Origin: a virus
IMG/VR virus record: IMGVR_UViG_3300047284_000228
Coordinates: 1-64,000 of that record
Length of the DNA stretch: 64,000 bases
Strand: one strand, 5' to 3'
Part shown: piece after piece, positions 38,701 to 49,657 of the stretch
How the letters are laid out: each line of letters begins with the position of its first letter
How positions within the stretch are numbered: position 1 is the first letter of the stretch
The notes under the pieces: model-generated
Told to the model about the DNA's origin: nothing
The model's database searches: none
What the model saw: the letters and a program-made list of their open reading frames with translations, nothing else
Program-made: the position numbers and the translations under genes

Positions 38701-41700
38701 TGACATCCCGTAGGCAATAGCACTCCATTGGTTATTATCTTCGCCGCCACCCGAACTTGTTGCGGTTGGCATAGTCATTGCTGTCCAAGTTATTCCATCT
38801 AAACTATAAGCCGCGGCAGTGGTTCCGCTAGCAACGGCTACATATTTAGGTGTCACGGCTGTTCCGGATGGAGTCACTGATGCTATAGATCCGCTAGGAG
38901 AATTAATAGTATCTACAGTTATGGTCAAATCATTAGCAGGACTTGTACCTCCTAGAGAAGTACCTGCAATAGTTAAGGTATTACCTGCTGTGTATAAAAC
39001 ACCCGGAGTACTGATTGACACTGTGTAACTGCCTTTTCTTCTAACAACGTTAAATGCTGCTAGACTTCCAGAACCTCCAGTTGCAGATAATCCTGTGTAA
39101 CTTGCATAACCGTCGCCGTATGCTACATCAGTCCAATTATTCGCTGCTGTAATATTTGAGATAGTCTTAGTATAAGGAACATCAGTAAACGATAGTCTCG
39201 GAGTGATCGTATAAGATGTGGTCACATCTAACGCTGCTTCGATAGCAGTTCCCGGAACCACATGATCCCAGCCAGCAGTTCCTGTTGATTCTTTATAAAC
39301 AGTTGCGATCTTAGAACCCGAATTATATGTGTTAATATAACCGTACTGTCCTGCGCCTGTTCCTGAGGTTAGATAGATGCTCATTCCCACATATGCAGCA
39401 CTAGTAGCAGTATCAGCCGCAGCCAATGTGATCTGTGTTGTGTTACCCGACTGTGCTAGATTGGTGGCGGTGATATATCCTGTACCGCCAGTACCCGAAC
39501 TATCGCCCGGATCTGTCAAGCGTACTTGGAATACAGCACCATCTCTAAATTCATTAGCCACTGTTGCTACACCTGCGCCTGCACCCGATGTTGTAAATGT
39601 TGCTGAAGAATAATCCGAACCTGCATTACCGAATTCGTAGATTAAGATATCATCGCCGTCTGTTATAACATTTCTAACATCTGCTTCTTCTGCACGATTA
39701 TTGAGTTGACCTGTGATCGGAACTTCGTTGATATCTATACCTTCAGATACGGAACCAAAGTCACCGTAAGAGTTGTTACCGTTGGTAGCACGAATCTTAC
39801 CGCCGTTTTCAGCTAGATAACCGATGTGATTATAATATGTGAACACAGAAACAAGTTCTGCACGGCCTAGATTAGTAATCCATGCACCAATACCGTTGCT
39901 CAATACCTGTGTAAAGTCATTGGAAACGATTGAATCAACTCCGCCATTGTGCAGGCTTCCGTCAATTTTCTGTCCAGTACAGCCGGTTCCGAATGTTGTT
40001 ACGTTTTGTACATAAGTCGAACGACTTGTTACCCAAACATTCGAGTCGTTAGGACCGTATCCTGGATCGAGACTGACATAAGCGCCGGCCAACGGACGCT
40101 TTGTACCAAACTCGTTGACCACGGTTAATCCATCTGCATCACCTGCACCGGCTGTATTTCCGTCTGATGTACCATCTAGTCCTAACAGTGTATGATTTCT
40201 TATACCGCAACCATTGCGTACATAGAACATATCTTCAAGTTTAGAACCAGTTAGGGCACTTCTATAGAAACGAGCAGCATATACAGAATAATAGTTTCCT
40301 GTATACATCAGATCGGAAGAGATAGCCTTGACATAATTTCTTACATCATTTTGACATCTTGCTGTATCGTAATTCCATGTAACGGTCATTGATCCCGAAG
40401 CTGCAGATAAATCAACGGCTGTGCCACCTAGTGTTAGACTGACTTTAAATGTTGTTGCGGTTAATCCGCTAGCTAGTATGTAGTAGGTAGTTGTTGTATT
40501 AACACCACCAAAAGTTGTACCGCTAAATTTAACAGTGTCGCCTGCAACCATCCATGTTTGTGATCCACAGGTAAATGTGTCTGTACCAGCGTCTGCAGAT
40601 GTTACTGTTGCTTTAAATGTTTCACTGGCATAGGCTGTTGCTTCAGCTGCTAAAAAATTTGAATTCAGCTCTAAAATCTTACCGCCATTGATTTGATCTA
40701 GATCAGTTGTGGGTGTAACACGACCAGTGATGATTGGTCTTGTTCCTGTATTCACATAAGAAATAATATCATCCCATAATAGTCCAGACAATACACTTGC
40801 ACCGCTGGCTGCAATTCGTTTAGCCTTAGCTGATATAAAATCTAAAATTGCCTGTGTTGCGGCTAGTTGATTGCTTACAACTTCTAGTGCAGATGAAGTC
40901 CCTCTTCTGTAGGCCATTCCTGCTTTGATAGATGCAAAATTAGAACCAAACATTAGATCGTAGCCCAGAGCATCTACGATATATCCAACATCTCGAGAAC
41001 AGGTAGTGGTATTAAAGTCAAGCGTTGGATACTCTCTCTTAATATATTGTACAGCATCTGTTTGAATTTCTGCTCTAGCAGTGTTTACTGCTGTTCTAGC
41101 TGTTACTAAAGCAGTGGCTACCCAGGATGTGGCAGGTGATATCGATGTTGGTAAGGTACCGTCGGCAGTGATTGTGTTGATAATTTCCTGAACACGCTCT
41201 TCAGCAAAGTTTTTAGCTGAAGTATTACCTGCTGTACCGCTGACATCTTGTGTTTCTGCATTACCTGCAGAAACTGTTACCGAAGCTTCTGTAATGACCT
41301 GACCAACTACTGTTTTAAGTCTTGCATATGCGGCCAGTGTTTCTTCTTTTTCGCCGTTGCCAAACGTGGCTACACCGTAGCTATAATATGCATCAGCGGC
41401 GATTCTTGTTTGTGTATTGCCACCGTAGGTTAAATCATAACGAATAGCATCTAAAACATATCCAACATCTCTAGCGCAGGCCGCTGCATCGTAGGTAAAC
41501 GATGTGGTAAACGGTGCTATGTTACCTGCTACCTGTACTGCGATCCATGCTGTGATTTCAGCTTTGATAAAGTTAGTGTTGGCAAGAATCTGTGCTCTAG
41601 CATTGTCATAGGTAGATGTTGCACCTGTAGCATTGCCTGTAGATGCGTATGCAGTATCAGTTAATGAAGAACCCCAGTTAGTAGGATTTGGAATTACAAA

Positions 41701-44136
41701 TGCATCTACAGATCCTAATCCGTTGGTTAGGATATCTTTGATTTCTGTAACATTGTTTACAATACTGGTTACTGCTGTAGAGCTTCCAACATTACCCTCG
41801 TTCTGACTGGTCGTATCTTGTGTAGCTGTATTGCCTGTTGTTGGAGTGACTGCGGTATTAGTTACTATTTCATCGGTAATAGATTTTAGATGGGTTAGGA
41901 CCGCTACAGATTTAGCCTTATCATTGTCTTCAACTAACTTTCCTGCAGGACTAATTCTTGAAGAACGTAATTCATCACCGACAACTGCTGTTCCGGAAGG
42001 AACCCTAATTGGTAAAACTTCGTAATATTGACCAGTTTTAACATTAATTGTATAGTTAGGCAGATCTTCCTTAGGCATGCCTGTGATACTGCCTGCTGTG
42101 ACTGCATTAGTAATAATAGCTGCTAGATCTTCGCAGATATCAAGTGAACCTGTTTCGGCTGTGTAGTTCGAATCAATAATTTGCTTGATTCTATCTCCGA
42201 CTGCAACACCTTGTAATGCTTGATAATTTGCTGCAGGAGCGGTATTGCTCAACACGCTGCCAATTAAACTCACACCGTAATTGATAGCTGCAACAAGTTG
42301 TTCTTCTTCGTCGGAAATAAATGTTTCTAATGCACCTGCTTCGTCAAAATACGACAGTGCTGCTGTTCTAGATTTTACATTTCCGGTATGTGTAAGATCG
42401 TAAACTATTGCATCTACGATTAATCCCATATCTCTTTCGCACAGAGCAGCACTGTCATTGACAAATCCAGACCAGATTCCAGAGCCGCCTGCGATCTGAT
42501 ACTCTACCCATTTAGTGATTTCTCGCTGAATAAATGTTCTATTTTGTCTTAATAGATATGCTGCCTGTGGATATTCTGTACCATGTTCTATTTGTTCGCA
42601 GGCATAGCGTACACTAGCCCACGGCTTGTCTACGGTTGATCCGTATGTAGGTGCTGGTTCGTCAATGCCGTGCGGTGCGACATACCAAACATTTTTTACC
42701 TTACCAAAAAATTTCCAAGTTGGTAAACCAGATTCTACTGTAAGAACCTGACCCTCGTCACCGATAGGCAAACGTGTAGGGCCGCTTCCGCTATAATAAA
42801 CTAGATCACCGATGGTAGTTAGTACACTTTCTTCATTACCTGCGGTCAGCAAGTTCCAGTATGTACCTGTGATATCGTTATCCGGTCTATCAGATCCTGT
42901 TGTTGATGTATGAGCCTGAACACAGATATAAGAATTGGCTCCGAACTTGACAGCATCGCCTAACACATAAACATGTGACGAAACCCAGTCGCCTTCCCAA
43001 TCAATACCTTCATTTAATTTGCTCCAATATGAAGCATTTGGAGGTCTTTGATTTGTACTATCAGCTGTGGCCACATATGTGAAGCCGTGATTTCTAACTA
43101 CCTCTCCAACTTTGTAAGTAGTTAATGAGCTCCAATCGCCCTGTAATCTAAATCCTGTGGAAAATAAATCCCAATCAAACGGAGTTGCAGGCGGAGTCGA
43201 TCCCGCAACATGAGTATTTTTAGCAATGTAACTGTTACCACCGTATCGAACGATATCGCCCGGTTGATATGTTGTGCCTGAAAGCCAGTCGCCTTCAAAT
43301 TCTATACCTTCAACAAACTGATTCCAGTATGCATTGTCTGTAACAAAGCTAGATGTAGAAGTATGTGGTGTAATACAAATCCAAGTGCCGCCACCGTATT
43401 TTACTACATCGTTATGTTTATAACGCGAAGTTACTGACCAAGTTCCTTTATAATCGATACCTTGATTAAAATAATCCCATTTAGATTGATCTGCTTCTAA
43501 TCCCAGAGCTTCTGTAGCAGCAGAAGTATGTCCTTGATTACATACGTAGGTGTTTCCGCCATTTTTGACTAAATCGCCTACTTTATATCTAGTAGATATA
43601 GACCAAGATCCTTTCCAATCTACACCTCTACTAAATACATCCCATTTAGATTGGTCGGCTTCTAATCCTAGGGCAACTGTGGCCGCTGATGTATGTGCTG
43701 TGTTGCAGATATAGACCAAACCGCCATACTTGACTAGGTCATTTACCTTATATGTAGTTGCGTTTGCCCAAGATCCTTTCCAGTCAAAACCTTCGGCAAG
43801 TAGATCCCAGTTCGCCTGGTTAGCTTCTAGAGTAGATGAGCTAGTGTGTCCATTATTACAAATATAAACATAACCGCCATATTTTACGATATCGTTTTCT
43901 TTGTATAGTGTGGTTGATGTCCAATTGCCTTTCCAATCTAATCCGTCACTGAACTGATTCCATTTAGAAGGAACATTATCTAGGTCAGTATAAAAATCTG
44001 CGGCAGCGGTATGTCCCACTACACAAAGATATGTTTTACCGCCATAGGCTACGATATCATCTTTGTAATAAGTGGTACCTGTAACCCAATCATTTTTCCA
44101 TACAAATTTTATTCTACCTAATTTAAATTCAGCCAT
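35782..44136 (-). CDS. Giant virion fibre/baseplate protein (2784 aa)
   Basis: Eight N-terminal W..T.Y...D.V.YGG..Y.C...H CBM5/12-like repeats, beta-helix-like segment (SNDFTQV..G.G.W, VSVFTYYNHIGY), BNR-like blades, GRVFYTSTDQDGNFRVG. Confidence 0.85.
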   Translation of the reverse strand: MAEFKLGRIKFVWKNDWVTGTTYYKDDIVAYGGKTYLCVVGHTAAADFYTDLDNVPSKWNQFSDGLDWKGNWTSTTLYKENDIVKYGGYVYICNNGHTSSSTLEANQANWDLLAEGFDWKGSWANATTYKVNDLVKYGGLVYICNTAHTSAATVALGLEADQSKWDVFSRGVDWKGSWSISTRYKVGDLVKNGGNTYVCNQGHTSAATEALGLEADQSKWDYFNQGIDYKGTWSVTSRYKHNDVVKYGGGTWICITPHTSTSSFVTDNAYWNQFVEGIEFEGDWLSGTTYQPGDIVRYGGNSYIAKNTHVAGSTPPATPFDWDLFSTGFRLQGDWSSLTTYKVGEVVRNHGFTYVATADSTNQRPPNASYWSKLNEGIDWEGDWVSSHVYVLGDAVKFGANSYICVQAHTSTTGSDRPDNDITGTYWNLLTAGNEESVLTTIGDLVYYSGSGPTRLPIGDEGQVLTVESGLPTWKFFGKVKNVWYVAPHGIDEPAPTYGSTVDKPWASVRYACEQIEHGTEYPQAAYLLRQNRTFIQREITKWVEYQIAGGSGIWSGFVNDSAALCERDMGLIVDAIVYDLTHTGNVKSRTAALSYFDEAGALETFISDEEEQLVAAINYGVSLIGSVLSNTAPAANYQALQGVAVGDRIKQIIDSNYTAETGSLDICEDLAAIITNAVTAGSITGMPKEDLPNYTINVKTGQYYEVLPIRVPSGTAVVGDELRSSRISPAGKLVEDNDKAKSVAVLTHLKSITDEIVTNTAVTPTTGNTATQDTTSQNEGNVGSSTAVTSIVNNVTEIKDILTNGLGSVDAFVIPNPTNWGSSLTDTAYASTGNATGATSTYDNARAQILANTNFIKAEITAWIAVQVAGNIAPFTTSFTYDAAACARDVGYVLDAIRYDLTYGGNTQTRIAADAYYSYGVATFGNGEKEETLAAYARLKTVVGQVITEASVTVSAGNAETQDVSGTAGNTSAKNFAEERVQEIINTITADGTLPTSISPATSWVATALVTARTAVNTARAEIQTDAVQYIKREYPTLDFNTTTCSRDVGYIVDALGYDLMFGSNFASIKAGMAYRRGTSSALEVVSNQLAATQAILDFISAKAKRIAASGASVLSGLLWDDIISYVNTGTRPIITGRVTPTTDLDQINGGKILELNSNFLAAEATAYASETFKATVTSADAGTDTFTCGSQTWMVAGDTVKFSGTTFGGVNTTTTYYILASGLTATTFKVSLTLGGTAVDLSAASGSMTVTWNYDTARCQNDVRNYVKAISSDLMYTGNYYSVYAARFYRSALTGSKLEDMFYVRNGCGIRNHTLLGLDGTSDGNTAGAGDADGLTVVNEFGTKRPLAGAYVSLDPGYGPNDSNVWVTSRSTYVQNVTTFGTGCTGQKIDGSLHNGGVDSIVSNDFTQVLSNGIGAWITNLGRAELVSVFTYYNHIGYLAENGGKIRATNGNNSYGDFGSVSEGIDINEVPITGQLNNRAEEADVRNVITDGDDILIYEFGNAGSDYSSATFTTSGAGAGVATVANEFRDGAVFQVRLTDPGDSSGTGGTGYITATNLAQSGNTTQITLAAADTATSAAYVGMSIYLTSGTGAGQYGYINTYNSGSKIATVYKESTGTAGWDHVVPGTAIEAALDVTTSYTITPRLSFTDVPYTKTISNITAANNWTDVAYGDGYASYTGLSATGGSGSLAAFNVVRRKGSYTVSISTPGVLYTAGNTLTIAGTSLGGTSPANDLTITVDTINSPSGSIASVTPSGTAVTPKYVAVASGTTAAAYSLDGITWTAMTMPTATSSGGGEDNNQWSAIAYGMSSNVSYYVAVARATSTAAYSTDGINWTAANLGEVADWCDIAYGNGSFVAIAESDSSSTYRAVSTNGGSTWSTTTLASGAKAIAYGGTRFVVVEGNFSNSFAYSTSGVAWTVGTLPSNDDSSESNWVDITYGNGRFVAIADSSSMAAYSLDGISWTKSNLPANYEWSSIGYGQGLFYVTSLGDAAASSTDGLVWTLRDASTASLNVTATAKDTISGTYAETSTLTSGTWTSVLYDGTRFLAVGYDGSSGLYATSTNGTSWTNGTLPTVSGSFEYTAVAYNGSNQYVAIIGGSGGTRNIAYSADGATWTGQTLALTANAYWKDMVYGAGRYIAIRGDSSAINYSTNGTSWTNAAVTSGSSEMSAISYGQISGVDYFVTVAGYSTGSQVSSYSTNGGVTWTSGNTLPSSDFWADVTFGDGKFVAVAGGTTNTTTKAAYSTNGTTWTAATLPGAAARWNKVVYGGGGYTAFAYNSDRTAYSADGITWVEGPAQAATRNWAEAAYGGTKLISIATGTTIGSYADFVLNTNYLTTSSTTNLKLNDRVRFTGATIGGIVPEVYYYVTSIASSTQFTISSTKGGSNFVLTTASGTAPFLASRDFIASALGNYQGTPRWVVLGANSPSVQNIRQGTKTRARAYVSDNKISEIWIQEPGSGYVSAPTMTITDPNNTGADATTEVRLGNGAIAQPMFTNRGTSYTAAAAEITGDGYADNYQTSAFVAFKNLSGIPKAGSNVQLAGIDDVWYRLVNVTNLLPNADGTYNATLQISPAIGAAEAPNHEAATTIRRRYSQVRLTGHDLLDIGTGDFINSNYPGLPLSDPIPAQEYKQSNGGRVFYTSTDQDGNFRVGGLFNVEQSTGVATLNADAFNIAGLNELSLGSVALGGSGATISEFSTDPFFTQDSDTVVPTQRAIKAYITSQIGGGGSSLNVNTLTAGVVYIAGQTIATTTNVQININTKVNFKGGIAGDALVLNYFLLNN

Positions 44137-44194
44137 TTATAGCTCCATATACATGCATTAATTCATATTTATTCAAAAAACTATTCGACATCTA

Positions 44195-47100
44195 TTATGC
44201 TCCAGACGATGTAAAATAATTTAATGCTACTAACGAACCATCAATACCGCCTCTAAAATTAACTTTAGCGGTAAAAATCAATTCGTCGCCCGTGGTCGTT
44301 CCTAGAGAATCTGGACCAATCTGTACAGTACCTGCAGTTAATTGTCCTGTAATAGCATCAGCACCACCTCCAGATACCCTAGCTGTTAGATATGCTTTAA
44401 TCGCTCTCTGTGTGGGTACGATGTTATTTGAATCCGCGGTAAATGTGTTATCAGTTGAGAATTCACGGATAACAACACCCGAGCCGCCTACAGTAAATCC
44501 GCCCAATCTAATTTCTTCTAGGCCTTCTAGTGCGAAAAATTGAGCATTTAAAGTGACAGTTCCTGTCGCCTGTTCTACTGCAAATAATTCCCCAACTCTA
44601 AAGTTACCATCTTGGTCGGTACTTGTGTAGAACACACGACCGCCATTGCTTTCCTTGATTTCATTTTCAGGTGCCACTACCGTTCCATTTGGATTTAAAG
44701 TATCCGGATAGTTAGTTTCAACTTGATTTCCTAGACCAATATCCAAGAAATCATGTCCGGTGATTCTAACCTGAGAATATAACTGTCTAATTGTCACATC
44801 TGTGGCATGTTCTGGGCTTTCTTCTCTTCCTAAATCTTTGGCTATTGTAATTCTAGCTGTGAAATTCCCTGTTGTACCGCCCAGAATCGTAGCAGTTAAT
44901 AATTTATAGGTATAATCATTGATTCCCGAAATATTGAGGTTATCACCGGGGCCCGGAATCCTAGTTAAATTGGTTACTACTATATCAGATCCGATATGAT
45001 ATTGATCTTTAAAACCGTCTCCAGATATTGTTATTCTAGTACTTGAAGTTTCATACCCTGCACCTGCATCGGAAATAGTCGGATTGGCTATCACTCCGTT
45101 GCCTATTCTGATCTGCGTAAAGACTTCGCTAGAATTGTTTGGATCTGTAATAGTCATTGCAGGAGCCGAAACGTAACCGCTACCAGGCTCCCATAGATTT
45201 ATGCTTGATATTCTTCCTGAAACAACAACTGCTCTGGCTTCAGCAGTTCTTCCAGTATTGATTTCCATCGCCTGGGTAGAATTAGATGTTAGTCCGCCGA
45301 TGGTTAAAAATTTTCCAGGTTTAGCGGCATTAGAAAATGCTATTCCGCACCACGGACCGCTCGATGCTAGGGTTTGATAGGTCCATACTTTACCGTCTTT
45401 TGACACTGCACATGTAGCTGAACCTGTAGCTACAGCTACAAAAGTTCCTTGTGCATATACAATACTTCTCCAGTCTTCGGATTGTATAACTGATTCTGTC
45501 CAGGTTATACCGTCAAAGCTGATAGAAACTTCTGTAGCACCAGCATATCCTCCAGACAGAGCGACAAATCGTCCATTGCCATAGGCTAACGAGTAACTAC
45601 CCTGTGTTAATGTGCCTAATGTCCAAGTAACACCGTCGGAACTATAAGCAGTGGCAGCGCCGGATATAGAAGAATCACTTAATGCAGTCGCTATATATTT
45701 ACCCTTACCGTATTCAATAGCATTCCAGTCTGCACCTTCTGGTAAAGTTGCGGCGGTCCAAGTAACACCGTCGGTCGAATATGCGGCTTTTGTACCTCCA
45801 GCTGCTACGGCTACATATTTTCCGTTGCCGTAGGTAACATCTCTCCACTCTGCTGTACTACTCATGGTCATAGATGACCATGATACACCATCTGTGGATC
45901 TAGCTGCTTGCCCGCCTGTGGCTAACGCCATCCATAGGCTTCCTACATATTTTACTTTGGTCCATAAAGCCAGCGCCGGTAATGTTCCGCCTGTCCAATT
46001 AATACCGTCTGCTGAATATGCAAAAGCATTGGTATCTAATGCCACAGCTACGAACTTACTAGAATTTCCGCCGATACTAGACCATTGTCGACTAGCAGGC
46101 AACGATCTCGATGTCGAAGTAAATCCAGGACTGCTGAATGTTATTCTTGGTTCGATATAATAATTGGTAGAAGTATCTAGAGATGCTAATATACTAGTCC
46201 CATCTATTAGATGTTCCCAGCCAGCACAATGAAGTGTCATGGTGCCTGTACCGTTGATTAAATTAAACACAGCGCCTGGTCCTGAACTAGCACTTATTGT
46301 GATCTGCGTCGAGTTAGGAATAGTTCTTACATAATAGACTGTGAAATCTTGTATATTACCAAATTTTGTTCCGGAAAATATAATAGGATCGTTAATAGAC
46401 AAGTGACTTGTACTAGAAACTGTTAGTAACATTCCGGAAGATGTAGTAGCGGTCACAGTCACTGCTGGTTTTGACTCTTTACCTATGTAGGCATATTTTC
46501 CGGTCGCATCGTAGTCTGCAATATAACCATATTGTCCGGTTCCGGTTCCTCTGCCAACAACAAGTCTGAGACCACGATATTGTGTAGCTATGTTTTCGTC
46601 TGAACCTGCGAGTTGAATATTAAATGTATCGCCGCCTTGGGCAGCATTGGTAACAAATGTATATCCAGATCCGCCTTCTGCAGAACTATCTCCAGGATTC
46701 GCGATCCTAACTTCGTATACCGAACCATCTCTAAATTCGTCCATGACCAACGCAGCACCTAGGCCAGAACCTACTATAGACATAGTTCCGGTAGTGTAGG
46801 ATGTTCCTGCATTGGAGAAAAATAATTTTTGAATTCCTGTTGTATTATCTACGAGAGCTTGATAGACATCTGCTTCGTAGTATCTGTTTGTTATTTTTGC
46901 TGTTATAGGTGATTCGGAGATATTGTATCCTTCAGATACCGCTCCGAAGTCACCGTAGGAACAGTTTCCGTTAGTTCCACGAATTTTTCCGCCATTAGTG
47001 GCCAAATAACCAATATGGTTATAATATGTAAACACAGAAACACATTCTGTTTTTCCGGTACCGTTAGCCCATACTCCAATACCATCGCTGATAACCTGGG

Positions 47101-49654
47101 TAAAGTCGTTAGAAACCATAGTTTGATTTCCGCCACTATGAATATCACCGTCGATCTTGAATCCGATACATCCCGTACCAAAGTTAGTAACGTTTTGTAC
47201 GTACGGCGATTTAGTACCTACCCATGCAGTTGTATCTGCTGGACCGTATCCTGGATCAAGACTAACGAATGCTCCGGCTGAAGGTCGTTGTGTTCCATAG
47301 ATATTTGCCGAACCAAGTGTGCCTTCTAATCCCATAAGGGTTAGATTTCTTAAACCAGATCCGTCTCTCATTAAAAACATATTGCTTTCTTTGTTTCTTG
47401 AATATGTTGATCCGTTAATAAAGAAAGTCGATGTTTCTATGGTCTTGTAATTACCGGGATAGATTAGATCATATGCGATAGAATTAAGTATTGTAGATAT
47501 ATCCTGCTCTAGTCTAGCGGGCAAAGCAGTCTGTGTTGAATCTAAATAATTAGCTTCTAAATATAGTAATGTTTCGTTTAATATAAATTCGTGATTATTT
47601 TCAATCTGATCATAGGCAGCTAGTTTATCTAGATTCGTTGTAACTGTATTAGTGCCTGTGATAGCAACGTTTAAGAAATTATCTACTCTATTTCTAAAAA
47701 TTTCTAACAGAGTTCCTAGAGTGTTAACTTCGGATATCGTAGCCGATGTGCCGCTGAAGTCTTGTGCTATATCACCGTACAGATCAACATTCGGAAATCC
47801 TAAAATTTCTTGTCCGACTGTTAGTTCTCGAACTACTCTAGATAATAGAGATTCTAATCTATTAGCAGCCGCGAGTATTAATGTGATATACGATTCATCA
47901 AATAAAGTATTGACTGGTTTAACTGTTGTTGATCTGAGTTCGTCACCTACTATGGCAACAAAAGCAGGTATACGAATAGGCAGTACTTCTTCATAATCGC
48001 CTGTTCTTACAAATATAGTAGCATACCCTGTCACTTGTTCACAGGCATAACGTATTGTTTTCCACGGATTTTCGGGAGATGTACCTGCGCTAGGTATATC
48101 TTCACCAAAGTTTGCAACAAAATAAACCTTTTCTGTATTTTGTAATAATTGCCAACTGTTTTCGTTACTGACTGCTGTGAGGACTTTTCCTTGCGAACCA
48201 ACAGGCAATGCTTTATACCCAATAGTGCTACCATCTTCTGTGGCTCCGTAGGTTCTAATATCACCAATATTTTTTAATCTATTGATCCTGTTGCCGTCGG
48301 TAATTTTTGCCCAGTATCTTCCTTCTAGTGTAGAACCCATTTCGCCGTCGTCATCAGGACGATTTCCTGGATCGGAAATGTGTTTATCTTTGCATCGATA
48401 AGAACTAGAAACCCATACGACCGTATCTCCGGCCATATAGGTAACACCTTCGGTCCATACTCCTCTCCAATTAATTCCGGGAATTATAAGATCCCAATAT
48501 GTGGAATTAGTAGTACTACCGTCATCAAAAAAATCTGGATCTTGGGCTATGTTGTCTAAAATACAAGCATAAAGATTACCGCCTCGTCTTACTACATCGC
48601 CCAGTTCGTAATTAGTAAATGAATTCCAGGATCCTTGTATCTTGGAACCTTGAAACAATAATTGCCAAGTTGAAGTCGAAGTGCTGGGAGTTAGATTTGA
48701 ATGTAAGAATGTGTTATAATATAAATTACCGCCGTAAGAAACAACATCTCCTGGCTGATATAATGTCGTAGAATTCCAGACCACATCATATTCTTGTCCG
48801 GGAATATACATGTCAAAGTATATGGTAGATATAACCGATCCAGAAATATGAAAAGTATTGTTCTTATAAAGATAAGATCCATATTTTACAATGTCACCTA
48901 TTTTATAGATAGTTAATGTAGTCCAGTTTCCTTTGTAGTCAATTCCTTCGTTGACCACTGACCACTTGGCCTGATCTGCAGGTAATCCCAGTTCGACTAC
49001 ACTTGTAGAAGTATGGGCTATATCACAGTTGTATACATAGCCGCCGTATTTTACTAGATCATTTGCTTTATATCTAAAATTTGTAGTCCAGTTACCTTTC
49101 CAATCTTCTGCTATTGATACCTCGTTCCAAAATCCTATGTTTGATTCTAGTCCCTGAGAAATATCTCCTGCAGATTCATGGCTGGTATTACATCTATAGA
49201 TCTTTCCGCCGTATCTTACAACATCGCCGATTTTATAATAGGTTTCTGTCTGCCAATTTATTTTCCACTCTTGAGAATTTAATAAAACCGTCCAATTAAC
49301 GGACTGATCTGGAAATCCGGTTTCGTCTTCAGCAGATGTATGATCATTGGTACATACATATATTACACCGCCAAGTTTTACGATATCACCGATTTTATAA
49401 TAAGTTTCTGCGGTCCATTCGCCTAACCAGCTAGTTCCGTCTGCCATTAACTCCCACTTTGGTTCTAAGGCGGGAGGAATATCTGAATTATAAAATTCTA
49501 GATCATAATAAAAATCAGGATTAGCAACGTGTGTTGCTAGACAGTTGTAGACCTTACCTCCGAAGCTGATAACATCGTCTGGGTTATAACGTCCGTAGGC
49601 TGTCCACTCGCCTTTCCATGTATGTTTGAATCTACTTAATTTAAAATCTGCCAT
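44195..49654 (-). CDS. Giant virion fibre/baseplate protein (1819 aa), paralogue of 35782-44136
   Basis: Same MAxFKL start, eight W-rich repeats, SNDFTQV and VSVFTYYNHIGY, BNR-like blades, identical GRVFYTSTDQDGNFRVG. Confidence 0.85.
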   Translation of the reverse strand: MADFKLSRFKHTWKGEWTAYGRYNPDDVISFGGKVYNCLATHVANPDFYYDLEFYNSDIPPALEPKWELMADGTSWLGEWTAETYYKIGDIVKLGGVIYVCTNDHTSAEDETGFPDQSVNWTVLLNSQEWKINWQTETYYKIGDVVRYGGKIYRCNTSHESAGDISQGLESNIGFWNEVSIAEDWKGNWTTNFRYKANDLVKYGGYVYNCDIAHTSTSVVELGLPADQAKWSVVNEGIDYKGNWTTLTIYKIGDIVKYGSYLYKNNTFHISGSVISTIYFDMYIPGQEYDVVWNSTTLYQPGDVVSYGGNLYYNTFLHSNLTPSTSTSTWQLLFQGSKIQGSWNSFTNYELGDVVRRGGNLYACILDNIAQDPDFFDDGSTTNSTYWDLIIPGINWRGVWTEGVTYMAGDTVVWVSSSYRCKDKHISDPGNRPDDDGEMGSTLEGRYWAKITDGNRINRLKNIGDIRTYGATEDGSTIGYKALPVGSQGKVLTAVSNENSWQLLQNTEKVYFVANFGEDIPSAGTSPENPWKTIRYACEQVTGYATIFVRTGDYEEVLPIRIPAFVAIVGDELRSTTVKPVNTLFDESYITLILAAANRLESLLSRVVRELTVGQEILGFPNVDLYGDIAQDFSGTSATISEVNTLGTLLEIFRNRVDNFLNVAITGTNTVTTNLDKLAAYDQIENNHEFILNETLLYLEANYLDSTQTALPARLEQDISTILNSIAYDLIYPGNYKTIETSTFFINGSTYSRNKESNMFLMRDGSGLRNLTLMGLEGTLGSANIYGTQRPSAGAFVSLDPGYGPADTTAWVGTKSPYVQNVTNFGTGCIGFKIDGDIHSGGNQTMVSNDFTQVISDGIGVWANGTGKTECVSVFTYYNHIGYLATNGGKIRGTNGNCSYGDFGAVSEGYNISESPITAKITNRYYEADVYQALVDNTTGIQKLFFSNAGTSYTTGTMSIVGSGLGAALVMDEFRDGSVYEVRIANPGDSSAEGGSGYTFVTNAAQGGDTFNIQLAGSDENIATQYRGLRLVVGRGTGTGQYGYIADYDATGKYAYIGKESKPAVTVTATTSSGMLLTVSSTSHLSINDPIIFSGTKFGNIQDFTVYYVRTIPNSTQITISASSGPGAVFNLINGTGTMTLHCAGWEHLIDGTSILASLDTSTNYYIEPRITFSSPGFTSTSRSLPASRQWSSIGGNSSKFVAVALDTNAFAYSADGINWTGGTLPALALWTKVKYVGSLWMALATGGQAARSTDGVSWSSMTMSSTAEWRDVTYGNGKYVAVAAGGTKAAYSTDGVTWTAATLPEGADWNAIEYGKGKYIATALSDSSISGAATAYSSDGVTWTLGTLTQGSYSLAYGNGRFVALSGGYAGATEVSISFDGITWTESVIQSEDWRSIVYAQGTFVAVATGSATCAVSKDGKVWTYQTLASSGPWCGIAFSNAAKPGKFLTIGGLTSNSTQAMEINTGRTAEARAVVVSGRISSINLWEPGSGYVSAPAMTITDPNNSSEVFTQIRIGNGVIANPTISDAGAGYETSSTRITISGDGFKDQYHIGSDIVVTNLTRIPGPGDNLNISGINDYTYKLLTATILGGTTGNFTARITIAKDLGREESPEHATDVTIRQLYSQVRITGHDFLDIGLGNQVETNYPDTLNPNGTVVAPENEIKESNGGRVFYTSTDQDGNFRVGELFAVEQATGTVTLNAQFFALEGLEEIRLGGFTVGGSGVVIREFSTDNTFTADSNNIVPTQRAIKAYLTARVSGGGADAITGQLTAGTVQIGPDSLGTTTGDELIFTAKVNFRGGIDGSLVALNYFTSSGA

Positions 49655-49657
49655 TTA

